NCBI GenBank assembly: GCA_030141605.1
Contig: JAQGDQ010000339.1
Span: forward strand, 192,087-256,086
Length of the DNA stretch: 64,000 bases
From: Tubiluchus corallicola
Lineage: Eukaryota; Animalia; Priapulida
Direction of reading: 5' to 3'
Shown: positions 26,798 to 55,729 of the stretch, piece after piece
Layout of the letters: each line of letters begins with the position of its first letter
How positions within the stretch are numbered: the stretch's first letter is position 1
The notes under the pieces: model-generated
What the model was told of the DNA's origin: nothing
The model's database searches: none
Seen by the model: only the letters and a program-made list of their open reading frames with translations
Position numbers and translations under genes: made by a program

Positions 26798-28759
26798 TAG
26801 TGAAGTTATTCTGTGTTCATAAGTGTTCAATGTTCATCAAAAACAACACCTATAATACTTTTAAAAATGACTTTTAAATTGCTAAATCTAGCTATCGAAA
26901 TTACAATATAATTTATTATTTTTATCAATGTTCTTCCTAGAATAATATGAAATCCTATATAATGGGACTCAAATAATGGATAGAGATTGCCAACAGTAAT
27001 ATTAGCATTAAACAGGGCCGCTAAAACATGCTAAATGACCTACAGGCAAACGAGAAACAAGTTTGATATCAAGAATTAATAAAGATCTACACAGACCAAA
27101 TTAAAGAAAAGTATTACAGGAATTGTAATGTAAAGGTAATTTAGTGTCTATGACAATAAGACACAGAACAGAAGTAAGTTAAACCGCAGTATCACCAAAG
27201 TATTAAAGATTTTATCAGCTCGACTTTCAACGTTTCGCATACGACAAATTCAGTGATAATGATTAATTAATTATTCATAATCTTAATTTTAATCTTACTT
27301 GGTAACGATAAAGTGGACGCTCAACTATTGATTTTTGAAACCAAATTTGTCCAAAAACAAAAAAAATAGATGTGAAAAAGTCAACACTAAGTATAGACTT
27401 GAACACGGAACTTTCGATTACAACTTGAACTCATACTCCTAGACAGAGACAACTTAGCTTCAGTGATTATGACAAAGCATATTTCAATCCACATAGTTTG
27501 CCTATATATATATATATATTCTGCAGTTGTGGCAATTTCTAAAACTTCAAACTTAGAAACAATAAAATACATCAAAGTTGGTGAACAAATTAACTGTAAA
27601 TAAATTTTAGATCATTTTACATGCTTTCACCTTCTAGTTGTACGTCTCCGGCCCTCGTAAGTGAGTTCACCAACTCTAAATAGTAGTCTGTCAACTCAAA
27701 CACAGCCAAAGGCTTATTAGTTATTTCTGAAATGCGAGCCATGGTTATGAAGTCTGGACCTCTTCCATAAATCATGACCTGAGAAATCCATAAGAAATGG
27801 TAACCACATTAAGAGCGACGTGAGGACGCACTGGATGCCAAACACAGGCAAACACTGCTAGTTTTGTCAATGGCGTGGTCCGCATGGATTCAATGGTATG
27901 GATATTATTATTGCTTGTGAAGTCTAAGAGACCTAACCGTGACAGTTTTTGACGCCCTGTTCTGACTCCTCAACGATTTTCGAAATTCAGCCAGATTTGA
28001 TGCTTCAACAATTTCACTATTAAATAGAATTTCAAGAGCCCACAATACAGGAGAAGTGGCTCAGATACCCATCTTTCCATTTGAAAAGCTGGTACAGATA
28101 CCTACTACTTTTAAGTCATTTTTCTTTTTCCATCGCTAAATTATTCAATTTTTATGTAACTGTGATTTTAGTAACAGTATACCATATCTTAACCATTGTT
28201 ATGAAAATAACTTTACACACAGCCAGTTTATGTAGTATTTAATGTGTATTGCTTTGCCAATGTACATTGTATGTATTTATGCAAATAAAACTGAATTGAA
28301 TTGAAAATTGAATAGATATTGGTGGAAGAGTGTTGTACAAATAAAGACCAAGCTTTAATTTGTAGAAAATTACTAAGGATTGCATATCATTGCTTAAGCT
28401 AAACTTAGTACTTTTTTCTGTCACTGTAACATAACGAATCATAATATTGTTAAAACGATCATTCATCAACCTAAATGCAAATATACATAAAATTACAGTC
28501 AGGTATGGGACCCTTACTATCTCAAGGACATCCGTGCTCTCAAACAGGTACAAGCACGAGGTGTGGACATAATCATAGGTCTTGAAGGATTCTCATACTC
28601 TCAAAAATTAATTAATTTTTGTTAATTAAGCAGTTTTTTCTGCACTTTTCATGGTGGTCTTTCAAGCTTTGCTTCTTGCCCACCATGCAGCATATATTTC
28701 CTGTTTATAAACTATTATGCACTTAGTAACTTAAGAAAATTATATCAAGTCTTCGTAGG

Positions 28760-29080
28760 AAAGTTTTAAAAATAAGATGGCCATACAAATCAAAAATGAA
28801 GATTTATATACCAGAACAAAAAAATTTAATCGAGTTCAAAAGTCAAGATCCGGAGATTAAGATGGCTAGGACATCTTCTAAGATTACCAAATGATCCACC
28901 TGTAAGAATCGCCTTAAAACCTTGCAAAAAACCACCTGGTGAACCTAAAACAACTTGGATGGCTAAGATAAATAAAGATGTTCAGCAACTTCAACCAAAT
29001 CTATGTTCAGGAGTAGAAGAACTTACACTGTTAGCTGCAGACAGGAGTGGGTGGAATGCTCTGTTAAATGTTGATACCTC
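28760..29080 (+). mobile_element. RTE-clade LINE 3' remnant
   Basis: Translates RRLRWLGHLLRLPNDPPVRIALK...GEPKTTW...AADRSGW, typical RTE ORF2 C-terminal motifs. Confidence 0.7.
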
Positions 29081-29239
29081 AATGCCTACAATAGATGGAA
29101 TGAGATTTTGAAGAAGAACTATATTAATATAGAACTATATTAATATAGTTCTTTCACAATTGTTGTAATTACAAATGATATGATGTATAACAGTTACAAT
29201 ATGATAATGTAATTATGCTGAAGTGGACAATAAATTAAA

Positions 29240-29540
29240 TATTACATATTAAAATTGCAAAAACTAGACCTGTATCGACTTTCTACAAGAAGACGTAGGG
29301 GGAGATTTATTGAAATGTTCAAGATTCTTAAGGGATTTACTGACATCAAAGCAAACCAGTTTTTTACACTCAATAGAAGCATTACACGTGGGCATAGTGT
29401 TAAATTGTTCAAACATAGGGTCAATACTGAAAGGTGTCGGCATAGTTTTTCACAAGCTGAAGTGATAATGTGTAACTCGTTACCGGAATCATTAGTGAGT
29501 GCAAACAATGTAGAATTTTAAACATAAACTTGATGCAGAA
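29240..29540 (+). mobile_element. CR1/L2-clade LINE 3' remnant
   Basis: LQKLDLYRLSTRRRRGRFIEMFKILKG...TRGHSVKL...SFS...NSLPESLVSA is the classic CR1 ORF2 tail. Confidence 0.8.
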
Positions 29541-30559
29541 CTCCCATGTGAGAAACCTCCTATTTTAATACCAGTTTGGTATATTAGGAGGAGAGTAAAC
29601 CAATAGCGAAAAACTGGACGAGGTTGTTCTTTGGCTAGCTATTCAGTGGATGAGAGATTGATGCAAGAGGAAATCAGGGTTTACTCACCACGAAGGTCGG
29701 AGTGGTAAAACGCGGTCATTTATGCTTAACCAATATCCATGCTGTAAATGAATTATAATTCTAAAAGCAATCGAAAACACAAGTTAATTTTGACACTTAC
29801 ATCTACTTTAAATGCCAAAAAAGGAGACAGAACTCTAATGAAACTGAAAGACCTTGTCGTAAATCAGTATAATTTTCTGATTGAGTTTCAATTTCGAAGC
29901 GCAATACGGGAGCTCTTTACGCATACTATATTTCCCAAGTACTTAGCGAAGGCTTCTTCTTTTGCTGAATAAGCTCCGCAACACGTTTTTGCTTGTTTGT
30001 TAAATATGTTACTAGAATTTTTTAATCGTACTAGCGTTATTCCGCTTTTTCTGTTTTTGCCTATTTAGAAGGTAATTTGTTCACATTGGTAATACAGGTA
30101 GACACTTGATGACCACATAGCCTTTTTCCACCATGCCTCTCTCTTTGACTTATTTTATTATATTAAAAAATATTGTTTTCTAAGACTTATTGTAATTTGT
30201 ATCGTAAACTTGATATATGGGACGAATAGGAATCCGTTTTAGTAATGTACGGAATCAGTAAAATTAGGGTACGTAGTACTTGATGGATTTTTCAGTCTGA
30301 AATAAAAATTTGAATTGAATTGTTGCTGGTCGTCATTGATGACTCCGGCTTCAAATGTTTTTTTAATATCCACATTGTTGGCACTAATGACATTTTTCAT
30401 TAAGGTTGTTCCAAGATTATGTCGCTCTGTGTGGGAAGAAATTAATTTTTATATCTGTATGACCACGCGGTTTAAAGAACTTAAGTCAGTAACGTGTAGC
30501 AACACTAACAGGATAATTCAAAGTGAAATATTTTCTCCATTGATCTTGTAGCAGCCATG

Positions 30560-30750
30560 ATGTGTTTTAAATGTTCATCATGAAATCTCCTTATTGACAA
30601 TGAATGCTTACAGCGCGTTGTTATCACCACTTAGTTGTTCGCGTCTCTTTTGCACATTATCAAGAGCATTAATATCTTTCTTCAACCAGGGTGACCAAAC
30701 TGGACTATTAGTGTCCAAAATCGGCCTCACCAAAACTTTATTCAAGTGTT
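30560..30750 (-). mobile_element. CR1-clade LINE RT remnant
   Basis: Minus strand SPVWSPWLKKDINALDNVQKR matches the CR1 VWSP..KKDI..LE.VQ.R motif. Confidence 0.65.
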
Positions 30751-31054
30751 CAAAAGGCGTTTACAATTCTCCATGCAATTTAAATATCCTAACCTTAACC
30801 CCACCCTAATCTCAACCCTAACCCTAATCCGCTTCACGAACTAATTTCTTGAGTGTGTGGAATTGTAAGCTTTAGCCAAGAGTTCAGTCATCGTAAGTGA
30901 TTTATCACTTACACGTCTATATAATTTGGACTATTTTTTGATGAGCTTTGTTAGAAATTTCTTGAATATATGTTTAGAAAGATATTGCATCTGATCAGAT
31001 TAAAAAAGAAGCGGCTTCCTTCTTTTTGAATTTTTGTTTTTATAACTTTTTATA

Positions 31055-31661
31055 CAGTGTTCCGTCACTTATCGCAGGTGTTCCGTTCCAGGCCCACCCG
31101 CAATAAGTGAATTTCCGTGAAGTAGTAACGCTATACTTATTTTAGTAGTTATACATTATTTTAAGTCTTTATAAACCTTTCCCACACTCTTATACATAAC
31201 CCTTGCTATTCCCTTAATAACTTTTCCCATACTGTACATGTACCCTTTAAAACACTTTACTTAAATGTTCATAAAAATGTTTTAAACTCTTAAACCTAGC
31301 TACAATCTCACGTCTGCAAGTAGCATCTCAAGCGGGCGCAAGTACTACATTTCGTTTTTGGGGTGTATTCATCCGCTGAATAAATACAGTATTTACAGCA
31401 AATGGTAATTTTTTATGATTTATAATATTCTTTTAATGTTAGAATTAATGTTTTTAATATATTTTTATACATTTTGTGATTTTTATGCAACATTACCGTA
31501 CAATACGTACTACGCATGTGCAAAAATACTTTAGACGGAGTACCGCAAAAACCCACAAAACAGCGAAAATACGGCGATAAATATTTTACATTAATATTTT
31601 TGAAAACACGCGAAACAGCGAGTCCGCGCTAAACGAACCGTGAAGTAGTGAGGGAACACTG
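31055..31661. mobile_element. Tc1/mariner (pogo/Tigger-like) MITE upstream of BMS1
   Basis: ta|cagtgttcc ... ggaacactg|ta with TA TSD; related copy in opposite orientation at 44979-45496. Confidence 0.85.
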
Positions 31662-32034
31662 TAATGTAAATAGTTTTAAAGATAAACTTGATTGTATTGT
31701 AATCTTTTATTTTTTCTCGTTTCACTACTTCTTGAACAAATAATTGTTTTTATCTAAGTAAGCGGGCTAGTGAGCTGTGTGCCCTTCATAATTTCTCTCT
31801 TTAAAACATTAGATACTATGTTTAATGTCATGATGATATTAATGGGGCTAATAATAATAATGATGATATTATTGTAAAAAATACATTTGTAAATTGTCAA
31901 GGACTATCCATAATTATTATAAAGTTACTTTTTTTCTGAAACAAATTTAGTTTTATTATCGATTCTCCACAGAAATTGCCAGTGCCCTACTTGAGCTGCC
32001 CATGTACGACACTGCTTTTCCACAATGCATTTTA

Positions 32035-32043
32035 GCGGAAGTG
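32035..32043 (+). promoter_or_regulatory. Candidate ETS-family site in the BMS1 proximal promoter
   Basis: gcggaagtg ~125 bp upstream of the ATG; motif match only. Confidence 0.3.
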
Positions 32044-32167
32044 TCCTACTTCGGCTAGTAGCGTACTCTGTGCCCTACAAGAGTAACAGCCTTTTTTCTA
32101 CATCTGCATCAGTCTGCTTTTATTTTAGCAGTTAATTTTAGACCGCTTCATCGACTGATCTGTCGAA

Positions 32168-48173
<16,006 letters not shown>

Positions 48174-48362
48174 GTAAATTGTTTCTGTTTATTGGCGTAG
48201 TGAGTTAATGCAGGAAATGCTTGTTTGGTCAGAGCTTGTTGAACATTTTGTTTAGGTTATGCTTATAGTCAATTTTGGAGGCTTATTGTTGCGTTCAAAG
48301 GAAAAAGCACATTCCTCGAACAGCATTCGTTCTATTTTACTATTTAGTATTATATTGACGAT

Positions 48363-48683
48363 TAGGGGTGAGAGCATTCTCTACCAGAAAGCGAATTCGA
48401 ATAAAATCGAATTTGTGAGTTTCGAATTCGAATCGAACCAAATTTCAATATTTCCAATTCTAATTGAATTCGAACTGAGATTGAAAGAATTTCGAACAAG
48501 TTTTCGAACCACCAGTAAAAATTAGTCTTACAAAAGATCATGCATATCACTCGATTTTGTTCTGCAGTAAAACCACTTATAATTTGTGTCAATGATAAAG
48601 AACGAATGTGATTGAAGTGCTGAATTATTCGAATCCATAGTTTTAGGTCCGAATCGAATTTGAACGTTCGATGCTGACCCCTA
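48363..48683. mobile_element. MITE family C with 8-bp TSD (hAT-like)
   Basis: taggggtg ... gacccta-type termini; perfect TSD ttgacgat at 48355-48362 and 48684-48691; duplicated with its flanks at ~63552-63871. Confidence 0.85.
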
Positions 48684-48777
48684 TTGACGATCTATGCATA
48701 ACGTGTGAGTGTCTGATTAAAATCATGAATAAAGTATTTAATTAGAACCGTGATACAATTTGATGCAATTTGTGTCT

Positions 48778-50737
48778 GTACTTGGCTTTCTTTAGCTGCT
48801 ACTAACAATTTAATTATCACTACTAACTGGTACTTGGCTTTCTTTAGCTGCTACTAACAATTTAATTATCACTACTAACTGGTACTTGGCTTTCTTTAGC
48901 TGCTACTAATGATTTAATTATCACTACTAACTGGTACTTGGCTTTCTTTAGCTGCTACTAATGATTTAATTATCACTATTAACTGGTACTTGGCTTTCTT
49001 TAGCTGCTACTAACGATTTAATTGTCATTACTAACTGGTACTAGGCTTTCTTTAGCTGCTACTAACGATTTAATTATCACTACTAACTGGTACTTGGCTT
49101 TCTTTAGCTGCTACTAACAATTTAATTATCACTACTAACTGGTACATGGCTTGCTTTAGCTGCTACTAACAATTTAATTATCACTACTAACTGGTGCTTG
49201 GCTTTCTTTAGCTGCTACTAACAATTTAATTATCATTACTAACTGGTACTTGGCTTTCTTTAGCTGCTACTAACAATTTAATTGTCATTACTAACTGGTA
49301 CTTGGATTTCTTTAGCTGCTACTAACGATTTAATTATCACTACTAACTGGTACTTGGCTTTCTTTAGCTGCTACTAATAAATTAATTATCATTACTAACT
49401 GGTACTTGGCTTTCTTTAGCTGCTGCTAACGATTTAATTATCATTACTAACTGGTACTTGGCTTTCTTTAGCTGCTGCTAACGATTTAATTATCATTACT
49501 AACTGGTACTTGGCTTTCTTTAGCTGCTACTAACAATTTAATTATCACTACTAACTGGTACTTGGCTTTCTTTAGCTGCTACTAACAATTTAATTATCAC
49601 TACTAACTGGTGCTTGGCTTTCTTTAGCTGCTACTAACGATTTAATTATCACTACTAACTGGTACTTGGCTTTCTTTAGCTGCTACTAACGATTTAATTA
49701 TCACTACTAACTGGTACTTGGCTTTCTTTAGCTGCTACTAATAAATTAATTATCATTACTAACTGGTACTAGGCTTTCTTTAGCTGCTACTAACGATTTA
49801 ATTATCACTACTAACTGGTACTTGGCTTTCTTTAGCTGCTGCTAACGATTTAATTATCATTACTAACTGGTAGTAGGCTTTCTTTAGCTAACAAACACAA
49901 CTACTGGCTTTCTTTAGCTGCTACTAACAATTTAATTATCATTACTAACTGGTACTTGGCTTTCTTTAGCTGCTACTAACGATTTAATTATCACTACTAA
50001 CTGGTACTTGGCTTTCTTTAGCTGCTACTAACGATTTAATTATCACTACTAACTGGTAGTAGGCTTTCTTTAGCTGCTACTAACAATTTAATTATCATTA
50101 CTAACTGGTACTTGGCTTACTTTAGCTGCTACTAACGATTTAATTATCATTACTAACTGGTACTAGGCTTTCTTTAGCTGCTACTAACAATTTAATTATC
50201 ATTACTAACTGGTACATGGCTTTCTTTAGCTGCTACTAACGATTTAATTATCACTACTAACTGGTACTAGGCTTTCTTTAGCTGCTACTAACAATTTAAT
50301 TATCACTACTAACTGGTACTTGGCTTTAATTGCTACCAACAATTTAATTATCACTACTAACTGGTACTTGGCTTTCTTTAGCTGCTACTAACGATTTAAT
50401 TATCATTACTAACTGGTAGTAGGCTTTCTTTAGCTGCTACTAACAATTTAATTATCATTACTAACTGGTACTTGGCTTTAATTGCTACCAACAATTTAAT
50501 TATCATTACTAACTGGTACTTGGCTTTCTTTAGCTGCTGCTAACGATTTAATTATCACTACTAACTGGTACTTGGCTTTAATTGCTACCAACAATTTAAT
50601 TATCACTACTAACTGGTACTTGGCTTACTTTAGCTGCTACTAGCAATTTAATTATCACTACTAACTGGTACATGGCTTGCTTTACCTGCTGCTAACGATT
50701 TAATTATCACTACTAACTGGTACTTGGCTTACTTTAG
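48778..50737 (+). repeat. 52-bp satellite array (~38 units), truncated at the strand-switch junction
   Basis: Unit gtacttggctttctttagctgctactaacaatttaattatcactactaactg; ends mid-unit at ...cttactttag|gtgaatg. Confidence 0.97.
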
Positions 50738-50824
50738 GTGAATGTATGCCAAAGCTTAAACATGTACCTGGCATTTCCAGAGCAATTAAAACTACGGTAA
50801 GCCTGCTTGAAATTCCAAGCCTAC

Positions 50825-53800
50825 CTTTTGTTCTTCTGGTTCTCGTACCACCGGAATGCGATTGTTCAAAAATTCATGTTTCCGCTTGACAAACGTTTTT
50901 GGCTTGTCCTTGTATGGCAGAGCCCTCTGCAGGTCTTTTGGCACAACTAATGGTTTGAAAACTTTAGCCTTTCTTTCCACTGGCTGCAAGGAAAAAGAAA
51001 TTAGGTAGTCATAGCCGGATCCAGGAAGGGGTGCAAAAATAAGGTAGCAAAATGTTAAATGTTTTTGAGAATTACTACATATTACTGCAAATTACAACAA
51101 ATTATTACAAATCACTACATAACTAGTCAAACAGAATTTTAAACTCATTTCACCGCATGACAATACCCACACTGCACCTAACCACTCACACCACAAGACC
51201 TATACCACACCCAACATTCTATGCCATACCACTGCATGTCATACCATGCCGAATCATCCACGCTACACCGTCCTCCGCCACTGCCACTGCCACCGATGGT
51301 GACAACAATAGTGACAAAGATGATGACGACGCAACAGCAGCAGCAATGACAACGAAAACAACAGTCCAGTGAAATTACACAAAAACACTTAGTGCAATTT
51401 GAAACTGTGTGCAATAAAAACACTATTAGACCAATCCACCAATGGTCAATAATAGGCGAACATTCTACATAGTCTTTCTTACTGCTTCTGTAATGACGGT
51501 ATTGAATGCACGCTGCAACTGTTTAACTGGCGCCAACTTAATACTGAAGAAAAGTACAGGTAGAATAACAATAGACTTGCACCTACACTTTTCCCAGCAA
51601 GAAAACTGCAAAGAAGAACTTGGAATAAACCTTTTCACAGTTTCGTTGTGTGCACATGCAGTTGCTGTAGGTCAAAGGTTAAGTGTACCACAGCAAAGTA
51701 TCTTAACTTCAACCGTCGCGTGACATGTGGGTAAAGCAAAGTCGTATGTCACATCAATTTGGTAACTTTAGTCGTGTTACAAGGACTTTACTTAATTATG
51801 CATTAGTTTGTGCGTAGAGCGAATTACTAGCAGGCTCTTGCTTGGGAACAACTGTTAAAACTGTTACTATTACAATAGCATGGGCTGCAAGGCGCTGTCA
51901 AGTGTACACAAATGCGTTGTCTCGTACACTTAACCTTTGACCTTTTTATGAACATCATCAGTTGCTGGAACTGTGAAAAGGTTACTTTCTCGTTTTTGGT
52001 TTATGGTAAAATCATGTCGGTTCCTCTTTTACACTGTCATGTAGTCCAGTTTTTCCTTTGCATAGAGCTATATACCTCCTTTCAAGAGCACCAACAGGTG
52101 CCGCTAGAACATGTTTCATCAAAATTTCAAGGTCTAGTTGGGTCTAAGAAAATTCAGATTGCGGGAAGACGGGAGTAATCCAGACATGGCCGAATCGCCT
52201 ACCCTGTAAACACTGTCCACATTTGGCTCAAAGCGGATTCCGTGGTCTTTCTTCAACTGACCGAGGGTCCTCAAGCCTGACCATTTGGCTTTCTCCTCGA
52301 CTGGCATTAGTAGACTTGTTACTAGGTTGTAAAAGTGAGGCACCTAGCAACAAAAACACGCTTAACGACAAAGCAAGATATAGTTAACCGAAAAAAACTA
52401 AACTTGTCAGTTTTGCAAGTACATGTTTGAGTTACATAAGCTAAATCTAATATTCTTGTAGCTAAAAATGTATCTAGAAATTGACCTTTGCACTTCTGCA
52501 CTTCATTGGCAGGAATTTACAGAAAAAAACCAAGAAAAAAGAATCTACAAACTAAGCGCTAAATAAAATTTTTAAGTTTATGGCTTTTCGTTTACACTTA
52601 CAAATGGCCAAATAAATAAACAAACAAGGAAATACTTAACAGTTAAGAAAAACACCAGCTTTCATAGAATTTTCCAGACCCGTCACTCAGAAATTTACTC
52701 CAAAAATAAATTTGCATTGATGTATTTGAAGATTTGGTAGCTTAATGGAAATAGGGTTCCCAACAGGATTTTAGAATAAATTTCCCTGACTTTTCCCAAC
52801 CAAATATTGATTATCTGTGACCAAGATAATCAGATATTGCATTATATACATATACATATTTTATACATATTAAAACATTAAAGTGCATGGGCATTCATAC
52901 ATATGCTGATATACAATGTGTCGGTCAATCATTATTTTTGGAACAGAAATCGAAACTGGGAGTCTGCCACAGCAAAATTTCATTTGAACACGAATTGCTG
53001 AAAAATATGTTTGGAAAATATTGAGTCAAGGTGATTATTTTTGCAACCCTATCCAGGTTCCCTGATTTCTTGCCACATTTTCATCATTTTCCCTGACTTT
53101 TTACCAAATTATCTTTTCCCTGACTTTTCCATGACTTTCCAGGATAGCCTGCATTTTCAAGAACTTTCCAAGATTTTCCCTGACGGTGGGAACCCTGTGG
53201 AAAGCTTCAGCAGATTTTATCATGAAGCTCATATGCGAGATGAATGTCACTAACGACGTGCCAATACGGTTTACTTACCTCCACCGCGAACCAAGTGCGT
53301 ACGAACACAACATCGCTCAGCTGAATCTTGTCTTCAAAGGTCGCACGAAAAGCTCCCTCTGGTGTGCGCAACGGCTTTTTAATCTGTCCCCGAAGTCCGC
53401 TGACGGTGCGACAGGCAGCGCCCTCGAACTTTGCGACCTCCAACGCTGAGTTGAACATTCCCTACAAAAACAGAATATGATTTGCATGACAACTGTACCG
53501 AATTTGGTTAATTTATAAGTTTTACACTTAATACATCTATAAAAATAAGTAGATTTAGATAAGTTTTATATGCACACGCACGCACGCATGCACGCTCGCA
53601 CGCACACACGTACCACTTTGTATGTATGTATGTATATATATATATATATAGAAAAAATGGTCAAAAACAGTGGTAAAAACAATGGTCAAAAATAATAGTA
53701 AAAAAGGGTAAAAACACTGGTCAAAAACAGGTCAAACTCTGTCCTTCAACAGTAATTAATTGATTTGTAAACAGACAATGATATGAAAAATTTAGAACCA

Positions 53801-55490
53801 TTATTTGACTAACCTGTACAAAGCAAGTCTTCTTGTAAATCTTATACGGTGTTCCGACAAGCTTCAGCTTTTTAACAATATTCACAGACTTGTCCAAGTC
53901 CAACACGACACCTGTGGCGGCGATACGAAACGTGCTAGACACCTCCGCAACCGACTGCACCGCCAAGAAACCTGTCGTCTGCGGCGTGATGGGTCCTACA
54001 AAATGAAATGAAAAGTTCAAAGTTTACTTGTCAGTCAGTATGGGATATCTTTGAAAATAGTATGGCCCTACAGTTAAATTCTGAGGTCTAACAAAAGTGT
54101 GAAACTAGGCATTCACGAAAATGGCATGTTTAACATAAAAACGTAATGGTCTTCAAAGTCTGAATGATTATATATTATTTCAGAAGCTTTGACCTAGAGG
54201 GTATCATCAGTTGAATAGACTCTGCTGTTAACCTGAGGGTAAGTCAGGCTAGCAGATAGCAGAATAGCAGTCAGGCTAATAGGATGGCAAGGTGAAACCT
54301 GAGACAATGCTGCCATCTCAGGTTAGCAGTGTAAACTATTCAGCTGATAATGCCCGCTAGGGTGAAGCTTCTAAAATAATATACAATCATTGAGTCTATA
54401 AAGGGCATCATGTTTTTATGTTAAAGATGACAAGTCATAGGAAAACTCTCTCATATTTAAAAAAATGCATTAACGAAGGTTGCTGAATAGCCATCTCGGT
54501 AGTAGTTGTTTTAAACAATTTTTCATGTTAGATGCAAATACAATAAGTTACATCAAACCATAGCAGTGCATTAAAACCCACTAACTTAATATATGTGTTG
54601 TAAGCTAAGTGTAAAAAACTGGTAAACTTGATAAATTTTTCATGTTAGATGCAAATACAATAAGTTACATCAAACCATAGCAATGCATTAAAAACCACTA
54701 ACTTAATATACGTGTTGTAAGCTACGTGTAAAAAAAATTGGTAAACTTGATAAATTGATAAAGCTCAAGAAAACCCTCTACATTTCGTTGTGATATTTTA
54801 TATTACTTACTGCCCTTTTGCATACAGGGCTTGCGTCGGCAGTAACGCTGTATAAAACATGTAATTTAAACTCCCTCGACGGCCGTTAGATGCAGCCATT
54901 TTGACAATAAAGTCATTTGAAACAAGTTCAGATAACATTGTGTAAAGTTTGAAAAAATAATCACAGCATTCGTAGCATACATGTTGCTAATTAAGTAAAA
55001 TTTTAAATTACAGTATGTTGTCAATAAGATTAAAAATAGTTTTTGGCTAGTGAGTGGTGCACCCTGGAAGGTGAGTCACCAACATTTTACCAATTCGCAC
55101 AAACATTTTAAATTATTATTTGTAACATAAGTCTTTCCAGCAGGTAAGCAAAATGCTAAGTAATATAGATGTGCATGGAAAGTTTTTTGGGGCATAATTT
55201 AACATTTCCTTTTTTCCCCTGATTTATGTTGTGCGTAGTGACATCATGTATTGCGGGAGATTTAAAATAAAAACAAACAAAAAATCCTTTCAACTCGAGT
55301 ACGATATGTGCATAAAATTGCTGTAAAGTAATAAAATTTTTCAAGGCGATTTTTCTGACTTCAGGCACCTCTTGTCCTTTAAAAGAGCTAGCATATCTAT
55401 AAGGAGGCAAAGAGAAATATGGTCAACTCGGTATCATAATAATTAACTATGCGTCTTTATAATAATAATGCTGATGACGGTGACGATGCG

Positions 55491-55523
<33 letters not shown>

Positions 55524-55692
55524 GCAACAACAACAATAATAGCTTCGACGTCAGCAGCATTCCATTCCCCAAGTGTACTGCTGCCATTACGTTATAAACG
55601 AAATGCCTTTACTTGTATGCTATATGTATATGCTTTGTATTACTTGTATTACTATAAAACACATTTTCTCAAATAAGCGCAACATCATCACT

Positions 55693-55729
<37 letters not shown>

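Noticed and set aside
30788-30828. Telomere or chromosome fusion site
   Set aside because: Only ~40 bp of degenerate ccctaa units in one orientation; such tracts are common inside repeats.
48259-48592. ORFs at 48259-48592 and 63709-63993 as duplicated small genes
   Set aside because: They read through a non-coding MITE in duplicated intron sequence.
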